DNA of 64,000 nt from an uncultured Ignavibacteriaceae bacterium (GTDB lineage Bacteria; Bacteroidota; Ignavibacteria; UBA10030), in assembly GCA_964581115.1 (NCBI GenBank), contig CAZOMY010000001.1:325190-389189 (forward strand). Reading direction: 5' to 3'. A program made the translations under genes and the position numbers. The notes under the pieces were generated by a model, which was not told where the DNA came from, made no database searches, and saw only the letters and a list, made by a program, of their open reading frames with translations. Below, piece by piece: positions 36,992-46,534 of this stretch. Every line of letters begins with the position of its first letter. Within the stretch, counting starts at the first letter, position 1.

Positions 36992-37920
36992 AGCGACACC
37001 TGTACGGACATGCGCATCACATTCCCCAGCCGGCCGAACAGCACGTAGGCAAAGTCGAGCTCTACCGGCAGGCCGATGTTCGAACGAAGTCCCACGCCGA
37101 AGCTGTGGTCCTCTTCGTCATAGCCGAACTTATGTCCATAACGCAGCATGATCGATTCCTGCCACGCCACTTCGACCCCGCCGTGGATCCGCTCGTCGTT
37201 GTCGCTCGGGTGGAGCGCCTCCGCCATGATCGTCAGGCGCAACGGTTCGCCCGAACCGCCTATCGCCTCCATCGCAGCGCCCATCCGGAGCGTCGACGGC
37301 ATTCGGAATTCGTCGTTCACGAATTTCGCGTTCGTCCCGAAGTTCTGGATGACGGCTGCCAACCGCAGCGTCTGGAAACCGGTGTGGTAGATCATACCGC
37401 CGTCGAGCAGCAGATTGCTGGCGGCATACACGTCAACCCGCTCTTCGACGTATTTCAACGTTGCGCCGAACGCGAACTTGTCCGTCAGTCGTCTGCCGTA
37501 GGAGACGCCCAACGCCATCGACCGGGCACTGAAGGTTCCGGCCGCCGTAAACTCGCGTGTACCCACCTGACGGACCGTGCGCTCCATCGACCCGTGGTCC
37601 ATGACGTTGGCCGACACGCCGACCAGGCCGAGATCGAGCGGAATGGCAAACGCGACGCCGTAATGGGCGATGTCGGCGATCCAGGGGGCGTACGACAGTC
37701 CGACCGCCTGTGTCTCCATTGCGAATGCCGGACCAGCCGGATTCGAGAAGAGCCCTAAAGGGCCGCCATCGGCCCCGGCGAGGCCCGTTTCGCCCAACGC
37801 TGCATCGCGCGCCGACATCGGGACCTGAAGGAACGTGAATCCGGATGTGCCGGTGCGCTTGAAGGTCTGAGCGGACAGCGAAGCGCTGAGCGCAACGAGG
37901 AGAACGAATGCCCGCTTCAT
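36988..37920 (-). CDS. Putative T9SS-associated outer-membrane beta-barrel protein (PorP/SprF-like or PorV/PorQ-like)
   Basis: 310 aa with a signal peptide (MKRAFVLLVALSASLSAQ). The N-terminal region SARDAALGETGLAGADGGPLGLFSNPAGPAF resembles the conserved ..ARs.alGg...A.aDd.sa...NPAgLA stretch of the PorV/PorQ/PorP families. It is translationally coupled (ATGA) directly downstream of a CTD-bearing cargo gene. This is the typical context of PorP/SprF partners. Confidence 0.5.
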   Translation of the reverse strand: MKRAFVLLVALSASLSAQTFKRTGTSGFTFLQVPMSARDAALGETGLAGADGGPLGLFSNPAGPAFAMETQAVGLSYAPWIADIAHYGVAFAIPLDLGLVGVSANVMDHGSMERTVRQVGTREFTAAGTFSARSMALGVSYGRRLTDKFAFGATLKYVEERVDVYAASNLLLDGGMIYHTGFQTLRLAAVIQNFGTNAKFVNDEFRMPSTLRMGAAMEAIGGSGEPLRLTIMAEALHPSDNDERIHGGVEVAWQESIMLRYGHKFGYDEEDHSFGVGLRSNIGLPVELDFAYVLFGRLGNVMRMSVQVSL

Positions 37921-40007
37921 CGGATGATCGCCAGTTTGCCGATCTTCGTGCCCAACGGAGATTCGACGTGATAGATGTAGATGCCGCTCTCAACGAACTG
38001 GCCGAAATCGGTCAGCTGGTCCCATGCAACAATGCCACCGAAGCCATCGGGCACTGTCAGCGTCTTGACAAGGTCTCCTCGGACGGTGTAGATACGGATC
38101 GCGGCAGGATTGGGGATGTTGACGAACTGGATCTCGTCACCCTGCGTCGGCTGGGAGAAGCCTTCGCCGATCACGTACGGGTTGGGGACGACGAGAATGC
38201 CGTCGAGCGATGCCGACGCCGGCAATGTCATTTTGAATGGCGCCGTGGTCCGGTTCGCGAAGATCGACGATTCCAGCGGAGGCACGCGATTGCTGCCGGT
38301 CTCCGGGAAGATGGCCGACGGATTCACCGGCCAGGAGGCTTTGCCCGTGTCGTAGGCCGTCACGGCATAGTAATAGCCGGTCCCGACGTCTCCCGTCGAA
38401 TCGATAAAGGCATAGCGTCCCGTCGTCCCCGTGTAGAATTGCGGATCGCCGCGGGCGACCGTTCCGATCGGTTCCCAGGGACCGATCGGGAGGTACGAAG
38501 AGCGATAGATTCGGTAGCCGGCGAGGTCGAACGTGCCGTCATCGGGGTCGGCCAGTGATTCGGTCTCCGTCCCCCACGAGATCGACGTGGCAGCAAACCC
38601 GGGCCGGTCGCGAAGATACTCGAGCGTGAATGAAGGCGCGGCCGGTGGATCCGGATGGTTCAGCCCGGGCCGGCTGGCGAGCCGCGATTGATCGTACGTG
38701 AACTGCGCTTTGCGGGCCGTCGTCTGGAAGATCGTCGAACCGGCTCCGATGCTCGCCTTCGAGGCTGACGGGTTGACGACGACGCTGTAGTCGACGCCGT
38801 CCACGACCTCGGCTAGAGCGATGACGACCGAGTCACCCGGCGCGAGATTCCACGGGCCGATCGACATCAGCGACCAGACGCGTGTCCTCCGCATTTGCAG
38901 GGTGTCGGAGGACGAAGCGATCGGATTCGTGGCGTTCGCCGGATCACGGAGGACGTCATACCTTGACTCGAACGTCGCCTTGCCAGTAAACGGGCCTCCC
39001 TGATCGATCGACGGACTGCCCCCCGACCACGCGATCTTGTTGACGCGCGAGGTCTGTCCGAACTTGTTCGGACTGGCATAAAGCAATTTGACACCCACAT
39101 GCCCGGGAGCAAGCCATTCGCCGGTCGGGTCGCCGTTCGCGCTGATGGGCCCCTGGGTGCGCGACCGCATGTACTCTTCATCCTCTGGCGTATCAAGATA
39201 ATCGCCCGAGCGGGCCCACATCATGTTGTAGGTCGGGTGGTTCGGGTTTGTGCTCAGGGGACCGAAATGGTACGTGCCACGGGCCCCGGAGGGCAGCGTC
39301 GGAAAGAGGACGGTCCATGCCCGGGAATTGACATGCAAGCCATAGACGGCCAGGGCGTAAAAGTCAAAGAGCGTGTCCTGCACGGCACGCGCCGTGTCGA
39401 GCAGGCGTATCTCAGCAGAGATGTTCTTGAAGCTGTATTCGTGAATGATGTAGTTCTCGTCGCGTTTTGACCCGCTCCATTGATGCGACAGCCGGCTCAC
39501 GCGCAACGGCAGCTGGCGCTCCCGGTCATCGACACGGTTGTAGTTGAGGTTGTACTCCCACGAGGTCTCGATGACCTCCTCCCCCGTCCGTCCCGACGTT
39601 TTCAGGTGGTGGTTCGCTCCCCCCGGATACAGGTGACGGTGCTTCGTCACGATGTACTTTGCACTCGCTTCGTTCGCGATGCTGCTGGCATAGATCGCCC
39701 AGTCCTCGACCGCGAAGACCGAGTCGGCGTCCTTCTTGGCACCGACGTAGAAACCGCCGGTCACGAGATGCGACGGCGGACCACCGATGTCGCGAGCGAT
39801 CCAGGTGTCGTCAAACCCGGGCCAGTCCAAGCCGATGCCCCGGCGTCCCCAGTTGCTGTAGACCGGGCCAACCTTGCCGGCCTGGAGACTGTGCCAAAGC
39901 ATCCCCCGGCGAAAGCTCAGAATGGGAGACTCCACCTGCGCGACGGCATCGGACATCGCAGACGCGGCCAGCAGACCCAAGATCAGATGACGGAGGTTCG
40001 TTTGCAT
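37917..40007 (-). CDS. Secreted protein with a variant T9SS C-terminal sorting domain (type-B-like or divergent type-A), encoded in the SusD position after a TonB-dependent transporter
   Basis: 696 aa. The SPI-type signal peptide is LILGLLAASAMSDAVAQ, with no lipobox cysteine. The C-terminal ~90 aa are VVPNPYV...IRIYTVRGDLVKTL...WDQLTDFGQFVESGIYIYHVE...GTKIGKLAIIR. This matches the T9SS CTD architecture (PN.F/Y, IY..RG.LV, WDG...G..V.SG.Y.Y, G.K.G.L.IIR). The ATG overlaps the TBDT stop. Confidence 0.65.
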   Translation of the reverse strand: MQTNLRHLILGLLAASAMSDAVAQVESPILSFRRGMLWHSLQAGKVGPVYSNWGRRGIGLDWPGFDDTWIARDIGGPPSHLVTGGFYVGAKKDADSVFAVEDWAIYASSIANEASAKYIVTKHRHLYPGGANHHLKTSGRTGEEVIETSWEYNLNYNRVDDRERQLPLRVSRLSHQWSGSKRDENYIIHEYSFKNISAEIRLLDTARAVQDTLFDFYALAVYGLHVNSRAWTVLFPTLPSGARGTYHFGPLSTNPNHPTYNMMWARSGDYLDTPEDEEYMRSRTQGPISANGDPTGEWLAPGHVGVKLLYASPNKFGQTSRVNKIAWSGGSPSIDQGGPFTGKATFESRYDVLRDPANATNPIASSSDTLQMRRTRVWSLMSIGPWNLAPGDSVVIALAEVVDGVDYSVVVNPSASKASIGAGSTIFQTTARKAQFTYDQSRLASRPGLNHPDPPAAPSFTLEYLRDRPGFAATSISWGTETESLADPDDGTFDLAGYRIYRSSYLPIGPWEPIGTVARGDPQFYTGTTGRYAFIDSTGDVGTGYYYAVTAYDTGKASWPVNPSAIFPETGSNRVPPLESSIFANRTTAPFKMTLPASASLDGILVVPNPYVIGEGFSQPTQGDEIQFVNIPNPAAIRIYTVRGDLVKTLTVPDGFGGIVAWDQLTDFGQFVESGIYIYHVESPLGTKIGKLAIIR

Positions 40008-43000
40008 CAGAAGGTGAACCCGACGGAAAGGAAGATCTGGCGTGGGATGTTCCGGTACGCCTTGTACGGCGCCGCGATGTAGCTGAGCCTGAGCGGATCA
40101 TCACCCGGGTCGGCGACCGTGAATCCGCGTTCGACCCAGTTATTCCGGTCCACTTGTCCGTCCATCGGCGTCAGCCATTGGTTGTTGAACAGGTTCATGA
40201 TGCGGGCCCCCAAGACGATGTCGCGGTCCAACAGGCGCAACGTCTTGACGATATTGACGTCGACGCTCGTTTCAAGTGGATACCGCCGGTTGTACAGCAC
40301 GTCCTGCACGTCGAAATCGGTCACGTAGGTGAACGGAAGTCCGGACTGTGCGGCGTACGTGAGGCTGACGGACGTGTTCGCGAACGGCCGGACGCCCGCG
40401 ATCTCGGCTCCTTCGTCGTGACCCAGCCGGTACTGCACGAGCGCCCGGAGCACATGTGTCCGGTCCGACGGCGACAGGAATTCACCCGTGAAGTTGCGCG
40501 ACGCGAAAGCGGTCACGCCCTCCGGGAACTGCTCCTGCGGACCGTAATTCCCTTCCGTCGTCTGCGAGAGGTTGTAGCTGATGCGATAGTGCCATCGCGA
40601 CGGCGAGATGCGCTCGAACGTGATCTCGAGACCGCGCGTCGAACCGAATGCATTGTTCGCGAAGGTCGTATACAGATAGAGCGGAGTATTGTCGGGCAGA
40701 ACGCCCCGCGGCCGGTCGGCGCTCCCCGTCAGGGCCGCCACGCGCAGCAGTCCCACCTGGCTGACGCGGTCGTTGTAATACAAGGCAACATCAAATCGAT
40801 GGTCCTCATTGACGACCTGCTGAACACCGAACTCGTAATTGATCGTCTTCTTGGGCTCGAGGTTCGGATTGCCCCGGCCGGTCCAACCGCTTTGTGTCCG
40901 CTGCGAGAGGCCGTGTGCGAAGATGGGCATCGATGCAAAGTGGCCGTATTGTACCCGGAACGCCGTGTTCTCGCCGATCGGGAACGAAAGACCCAATCGC
41001 GGCATAAGGACCGTACGGGTCGCCGACGGCTCGGTCGACGGGTCGCCGACGGTACTCGGACGAACGTTGTTGCTGAGCGTCCCCTGGTAGAACGGGTTGA
41101 AGAGGTCGACGGCGACGTCCTCCTGGAAATTGTATGCCTCCGCACGCAATCCGATGTTCGCCACGAGCCCTTCGTACTCCATCTTATCCTGGACATACGC
41201 CGACAGGAGCCACGGATAGGCCCTGTAGTATTCGGCAAATCCGGACCGGAAGAGATAGGAATTCGCCTGGAAGGAGGAGTTGACGCCGTTGTTGACCATG
41301 TCCCAGTAGTAGCCCCGGATGCCGACCTTAAAGAGGTTGGTGGACGTGGCCTGATCGGTATAGTCGACCGCGATCGAGGCGTGTTCCGTCCGGTTGTACT
41401 GGTAGTAGTTCGTACTGAAGTTGAAGGGCTCACGGAAATACGACCCGTCCCACCAGACGCCTTGCCGCAGCACCGTCCCCGAGGCGTCGTTCAGGCTGTC
41501 GAGGCGATCGCGAGCCGACTCATAACCGGCCAGGTATTCGTACGGCAGCTCATACGACTCCACTTGGTGTGAGGCCGTGAGTTCGATGAACGAATGCGTA
41601 TCGATCGTGTAGACCCAATTGAAACTCTGGGTAAAGGTCTCTTCCGTCCGGACGGGGTCGGTCTTGATGTAGTACTTCGTCGAGATGCCGGGAGGACTGA
41701 ATGCGAGGCCCGACCAACGGATGTCATCGGAACCCGACCAGATACCGCCGCGATACCGTTGGTACATGGCGAGCAGCTTGAATTTGTGCGCTCGTACCGG
41801 CGTGTAGATGACGTTCGTCAGATAGTTCTGGAACACGAGGTTCTGTTCGGCAGTCGGTAGTCGCGTCGGCGCGTTGCGGTACTCTCCCGAGAAGAAGAAG
41901 CGCAGGAGCTCCGGGTCGCGCGTCAAGGGTCCGCCGAATCCGATCAGATAGCGCGTATACATCCCTTTCCGGTAATCGTAGACGCCGAGCGCATTGTCGT
42001 CGGCGGGCGTATGGTTCTTGAGCCAGATGTCATATGCCCAAGCCGCTTCTTTGAGGACCACGTCGCTCCATGCCGCCGAGTCGGCTCCCGTCGCGGTTCC
42101 GGTCTGGTACATCTTGTTGTACAACGCCGACGCACGCGTGTTGAGGCCCAGCTGGTCGGCGATCAATCGAAGGTCGCGGATCCAGTAGTCGAAATCGCCC
42201 CATCGCTGCCACTCATAGCTGTTCCGGTCGTAGACATACGGGCCGAAGTGATACTGCCCCGGAGGCCGCATCTCAACGCGGAATTCGCCGTTGAAGCGCG
42301 GGCCACCCTCCTTGGAAACCACCTTCACGACGCCCGCCTGCGCGTTGCCGTACTCGGCCGAGAAGCCGCCCGAGATGAGCTGCACCTGCTGGACCGCCAG
42401 CGGGTTGACGTCAAATTTCCACGAGTTGTCCGCCTTGCTGGTTCCGAACGAGCCCGGGGCCGTCGTCGATGCATTGATCTGTTGGACGCCGTTGATCTGG
42501 TAGTTGACCTCGTAGGCCCCCGAGCCGCGCACGCTGTAGTTGCCTTGCGCGTCCTTCTGGAAGCCGGCGACGAGATCGAGCGCACCTCGAATGCCCTCCA
42601 TCGGCGCCGACTTCAGCTGGGTCTCGCTGATGCTCTGGGCGGTCGAGGTCTGATCGCGGATGATCTTCGGCCGCTCAGCCGTCACCACCACTTCCTTCGC
42701 CTCGATGGTGGCGTCTTCCATCTGCAGGTCGATGTTCGTCGTCCGGTCGATGTCGATCTCTACGCTCCGTACAGAGACGCGATTGTATCCAAGCATGGAG
42801 CCGATGACGGTGTACGTTCCCGGAGGAATGTTCAGGATCGTGTATCGACCCTCGAAATCCGTGGCCACGCCGAGCGTCGTTCCTTCGAGGAAGACGTTCG
42901 CTCCGATCAAAGGTTCTCGGGTCCGGGCATCGACGACGCTGCCCGACAGCTTTCCACGCTGGCCCTGGGCTTGCAGCGGCCCGAGGCACACGGCCAGCAC

Positions 43001-43048
43001 GGAAAGGGCGAGAAGAAGGCGGTGTCGCACGGTCAACTCACTTGACAA
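40007..43048 (-). CDS. TonB-dependent transporter, SusC/RagA-like (CarboxypepD_reg N-domain, plug, 22-strand barrel)
   Basis: 1013 aa. The signal peptide is followed by KLSGSVVDARTREPLIGANVFLEGTTLGVATDFEGRYTILNIPPGTYTV, a carboxypeptidase-regulatory-like domain. The plug region and a long barrel follow. The C-terminus is the typical ...SVGFTF. The start is TTG at 43048. Confidence 0.88.
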   Translation of the reverse strand: MSSELTVRHRLLLALSVLAVCLGPLQAQGQRGKLSGSVVDARTREPLIGANVFLEGTTLGVATDFEGRYTILNIPPGTYTVIGSMLGYNRVSVRSVEIDIDRTTNIDLQMEDATIEAKEVVVTAERPKIIRDQTSTAQSISETQLKSAPMEGIRGALDLVAGFQKDAQGNYSVRGSGAYEVNYQINGVQQINASTTAPGSFGTSKADNSWKFDVNPLAVQQVQLISGGFSAEYGNAQAGVVKVVSKEGGPRFNGEFRVEMRPPGQYHFGPYVYDRNSYEWQRWGDFDYWIRDLRLIADQLGLNTRASALYNKMYQTGTATGADSAAWSDVVLKEAAWAYDIWLKNHTPADDNALGVYDYRKGMYTRYLIGFGGPLTRDPELLRFFFSGEYRNAPTRLPTAEQNLVFQNYLTNVIYTPVRAHKFKLLAMYQRYRGGIWSGSDDIRWSGLAFSPPGISTKYYIKTDPVRTEETFTQSFNWVYTIDTHSFIELTASHQVESYELPYEYLAGYESARDRLDSLNDASGTVLRQGVWWDGSYFREPFNFSTNYYQYNRTEHASIAVDYTDQATSTNLFKVGIRGYYWDMVNNGVNSSFQANSYLFRSGFAEYYRAYPWLLSAYVQDKMEYEGLVANIGLRAEAYNFQEDVAVDLFNPFYQGTLSNNVRPSTVGDPSTEPSATRTVLMPRLGLSFPIGENTAFRVQYGHFASMPIFAHGLSQRTQSGWTGRGNPNLEPKKTINYEFGVQQVVNEDHRFDVALYYNDRVSQVGLLRVAALTGSADRPRGVLPDNTPLYLYTTFANNAFGSTRGLEITFERISPSRWHYRISYNLSQTTEGNYGPQEQFPEGVTAFASRNFTGEFLSPSDRTHVLRALVQYRLGHDEGAEIAGVRPFANTSVSLTYAAQSGLPFTYVTDFDVQDVLYNRRYPLETSVDVNIVKTLRLLDRDIVLGARIMNLFNNQWLTPMDGQVDRNNWVERGFTVADPGDDPLRLSYIAAPYKAYRNIPRQIFLSVGFTF

Positions 43049-44456
43049 GCATCATCGTACGCGACAAGACCCCTTCGCGGGTCGTAAGCGTGTACGTATA
43101 GGCGCCGCTGGCCAGGCCGCCGCCGTCAAAGAATCGATGGTGGATCCCGGCCGACAGATCGCCATCCACCAGCGCTGCCACGCGCTGTCCGATGACATTG
43201 AAGACCTCCAGTCGGACCGGACCGGCCGACCGCAACGTGAAGGCGATCATGGTCGTCGGGTTGAACGGATTCGGATAGTTCTGGTACAGCGCGAAGTCCA
43301 TCGGAGACTGGGAGGCCGATTCGACGGTGGTCGCGGTCGTGTACTTGAACTGGAAGACCTTCTGCGCCACCGCATCCGAGACATAGGCGGTCAGTCCGTC
43401 GGGCGTCAATCCGACATCGGTGGGGGCGATCATTGGAGCACCGTTCGGGTCTGCGCTGAAGCCATCCTGATTATTCACCGACGGCAGGTCGAACGTTTCC
43501 ATGGCAAGAATGCCGCCTACGTCGAAGGCCTTCACCCATCGCTTCGTCGAATCGATGCCGGCGACCCAGAGGAGGCCGTCCTTGTCCATCGTGATCCCGT
43601 AGCTCACAGCGCTCGAAAAGGTCAGGAGCCCGGTGGCATCGGAGATCCGCGTCCCGCGGTAGGTACCCATCGCCAGTTGCTTGCCGCCTTGCCAGGCCGT
43701 GATACCCCCGGTCGACGTCGAGGCCGCGGAATTGCGGGACGTATAGAAGACGGTGTTCGTATCGGCGTAGTCGCCGTTGGGACGGAGCGCGATGTCTCGA
43801 ATGACGTCCACGCCCCCCGTTTGTTGGCCGCCGGGGTCGAGTTGCGATTCCGACGACCATGCGCCCTTGATGGGAGCTGTGATCGTATTCGTGAAGTTGT
43901 ACGACCTCACCCGCGGACCTGGCACTCCGGCCCCTGCCGATACACCCGCAAATGCGATCGTGTCGCGCGTCAGTGTCACCCCATGGTGAAACGTACCATG
44001 ACCCGACTGGGACGGCAAATAGTAGCCGAATTTCTGCACCAGCATCGTGTCTCCGGTGGGATAGTAGTACATGACACCCACCGTTGCCGGCTTGGTCCGC
44101 TGATACGGTATCGAGGCATTGATGATGATATCTGAACCGATCGAACCGATCCCACGCAACTGGCCGATGTTGCCGGTCAGCGTGTCGGCGTCGCCGTTGA
44201 GGGTGAAGTCGACCAACTTCTTCATCTCAGAGTCATTCGAATCTGCGTACCAGATGGCGTTTCGAGCAGTGGCATTGGTCGCCGTGGTCGAGATCACGTA
44301 CACTCGGCCGGCCGATGTGACGGTCAACAGATATGGTTGCACGTAGGAGGAATCCGTCGCCGGGAACGGGATCGCCTTGATGAAACGCCACTGCGGCTGA
44401 GCTGACGCTGTCAGCACGCTCAACGCCGTGATCATGACTGTCGCAAGGATCTTCAT
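43038..44456 (-). CDS. Secreted hypothetical protein (probable beta-propeller-like fold) with a type-A T9SS C-terminal domain
   Basis: The start was chosen at the verified ATG 44456 (MKILATVMITALSVLTASAQ, a signal peptide). The C-terminus is YQNYPNPFNPTTMIAF...GAYTYTLTTREGVLSRTMMLVK, a canonical type-A CTD. The 3' end overlaps the TBDT start by 11 nt. Confidence 0.7.
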   Translation of the reverse strand: MKILATVMITALSVLTASAQPQWRFIKAIPFPATDSSYVQPYLLTVTSAGRVYVISTTATNATARNAIWYADSNDSEMKKLVDFTLNGDADTLTGNIGQLRGIGSIGSDIIINASIPYQRTKPATVGVMYYYPTGDTMLVQKFGYYLPSQSGHGTFHHGVTLTRDTIAFAGVSAGAGVPGPRVRSYNFTNTITAPIKGAWSSESQLDPGGQQTGGVDVIRDIALRPNGDYADTNTVFYTSRNSAASTSTGGITAWQGGKQLAMGTYRGTRISDATGLLTFSSAVSYGITMDKDGLLWVAGIDSTKRWVKAFDVGGILAMETFDLPSVNNQDGFSADPNGAPMIAPTDVGLTPDGLTAYVSDAVAQKVFQFKYTTATTVESASQSPMDFALYQNYPNPFNPTTMIAFTLRSAGPVRLEVFNVIGQRVAALVDGDLSAGIHHRFFDGGGLASGAYTYTLTTREGVLSRTMMLVK

Positions 44457-44557
44457 GGCACATCTCCTCTTGGATGTGTCACCACCCGACAACCCCGGTG
44501 GCCGACTGATGGTATGGATGGAGAATGACGACTCGTTGCCAGGACAATGTCTGAGGG

Positions 44558-46534
44558 TCATTTCACGAGCACAACACGCCGAAGCAACCGGCGCCCGCTG
44601 TCCGGGGTCGCATCGGCATCCGACACATGAAGTACGATCAGATACACCCCCGTCGCCAACGATCCGGCCTCCCACGTTCGTCGGTGCATTCCCGCTTCGA
44701 AGGTCCCTTCGGCGATGGTCGCGGCAGCCCGTCCAAGCAGATCATACGCCATGATCCGAACGAACGAACGCCGAGAGACATCGAATCGGATCGTCGTCGT
44801 CGAATTGAACGGGTTGGGAAATGGAGGATGCAACTCGAATGAGCGCGGCGCCTCCGGATCGGAGGTGGACATCGAGGTCGGCGTTCCCGGCGAGAGACGC
44901 CGATTGCGCAACAGCATCAGGTCGTCGCCGACCACGTTCTTCCCCGAGCCGATGCCGGCGTTCGTCAGGGTGGCGATGTGCGCCACGACGCCGCCGGGCA
45001 CATACACATCTCCGAGTTTCGTCCAGCCGGCATTCAAGGCGTTGGACTGGTCAACAACGACCGCCTTCGGTGAAGACGCCGTGTCGTGCAAGAGATAGGT
45101 CGCCGTGGGCGTCAGAGCGTTCAATCCTGTCGGGATGTACGCGTAGAGTTCGTAGATCCCCGGCTCGGGGACCGTCGCCGTGTATCGCATCGTATCGGCA
45201 CCCGCAGCGTCGGCGTAGAAGACCGACCCACCCCACGCAGAGACAAAACTGAGTCCGACGAAACCGGAGCGGATGGCCGCCGAGTCGCGCGCAAACACCG
45301 GCGACGGACGCCAGCCGGACGAACGGTGCGGAACGGGAACCTTCGTAGAGTAGACCTGGTCTCGTAGGGAGAACATGTAACCCGCATCGCGAAGGTCATT
45401 GTAATACCACCACGCATGCCCCGTCAGGCCTGCGTTCCGGCTCGTCTGGACGAGATTCACGCCCTCGCTGATCGAGAAGAGGGTCCCGCTCGGCTTGATG
45501 GCGATACCGGCGTTCACCCTCTGCTGCGATGACGAGGAGAGACCGTACAGCGCCGAAGGGATGTAGTTCTGGAGGATCGATGAGGATTGATACATCTGCA
45601 CTTGGGCGGCGTCAAGCTTGCCCTGACCAAGCCACGCCTTCCAATCCTGCAGGTAACTATCGTAGGCAGGATAGGATCCGAGCCCCGATGCATAGTGGCT
45701 CGGCGCGTTTGAAACAACGACGTTCGGGTTCACCGACTTGATCGAATCGTACACATTGGCGTGGAATGAATTCAGCTGGTCGGCGCGCCAACGCTTCCAC
45801 GCGGCATTGGAGCCGTCCGTCGGGGGCGCGCTGCCGGTGGCCGTGGTATACTTGACGACCGACGCGCTGTCATATCCGAAGTCTAAACCGGGGTATCGGA
45901 TGCGGTCGAGCTCGATGCCGTCAACGTCGTATCGTCGCGCGATCTCTTCATGCAATTCCAGCAGGAATGAGCGCGCTTCGTCGTTGTTGTGCGACAACCA
46001 GTAGAAGTAGATGCCTCCCTCTGGATTGCCGATGAGGTCGTTACCTGAGGCATCCTTGCCAAGCCATGACGGATACCGCCCGAATAAGGGACCCTTGGGG
46101 AACCCGGGAAGAGTATAGCCCGTCCACCAACCGGCAAAGCCGTACTCCATCCACGCTTCGATCTCGAGCCCGTTCCGGTGGGCCTCGGCGATGGCTTCCT
46201 GCAAGATGTCTCGACCACCCGCAGCGGGATCAGTTTCATAGCCGGTCTCTCGGAAGAAGATCTCACTCCGGAACAGCGGGAATCCCCGGCTCCAAGCGTT
46301 GAAATAGACGACGTTGAAGTTGGAGGCGGCGATGGTATCCATCGTCCGGGCGATCTCGGCCTTCGTCCAGAAACTACCGCCCGTCCGGGGCGTCACCCAG
46401 ATACCGCGCAACTCTTGTGCGGCCGACAGGTTCCAGAAGGAAGCGAGACTGAGGATGAGGGCCGTCCACGGGATCCGTTTCAAAGCCGGTCGCGGGGGGA
46501 TGCACTGCTTGGGTGACCGTGGAAAGTGCATCAT
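44558..46534 (-). CDS. Glycoside-hydrolase-like family 10 (GHL10, PF02638/YngK-like) secreted protein with a type-A T9SS C-terminal domain
   Basis: A signal peptide is followed by ELRGIWVTP...NFNVVYFNAWSRGFPLFRS, which forms the GHL10 TIM-barrel start. The EAWMEYGF and DVDGIELDRIRYP motifs are present. The C-terminus is HPPFPNPFNSTTTIRF...GVYLIVLH...RRVVLVK. The ATG was verified. The gene overlaps the ROK regulator stop (ATGA). Confidence 0.75.
   Translation of the reverse strand: MMHFPRSPKQCIPPRPALKRIPWTALILSLASFWNLSAAQELRGIWVTPRTGGSFWTKAEIARTMDTIAASNFNVVYFNAWSRGFPLFRSEIFFRETGYETDPAAGGRDILQEAIAEAHRNGLEIEAWMEYGFAGWWTGYTLPGFPKGPLFGRYPSWLGKDASGNDLIGNPEGGIYFYWLSHNNDEARSFLLELHEEIARRYDVDGIELDRIRYPGLDFGYDSASVVKYTTATGSAPPTDGSNAAWKRWRADQLNSFHANVYDSIKSVNPNVVVSNAPSHYASGLGSYPAYDSYLQDWKAWLGQGKLDAAQVQMYQSSSILQNYIPSALYGLSSSSQQRVNAGIAIKPSGTLFSISEGVNLVQTSRNAGLTGHAWWYYNDLRDAGYMFSLRDQVYSTKVPVPHRSSGWRPSPVFARDSAAIRSGFVGLSFVSAWGGSVFYADAAGADTMRYTATVPEPGIYELYAYIPTGLNALTPTATYLLHDTASSPKAVVVDQSNALNAGWTKLGDVYVPGGVVAHIATLTNAGIGSGKNVVGDDLMLLRNRRLSPGTPTSMSTSDPEAPRSFELHPPFPNPFNSTTTIRFDVSRRSFVRIMAYDLLGRAAATIAEGTFEAGMHRRTWEAGSLATGVYLIVLHVSDADATPDSGRRLLRRVVLVK

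Noticed and set aside
39659-43045. Long plus-strand ORFs (637 aa and 344 aa) across the TonB-dependent transporter and T9SS cargo genes
   Set aside because: They are antisense to genes with clear domain signatures. There is no signal peptide or motif in them. They are artefacts of codon position-3 GC bias.
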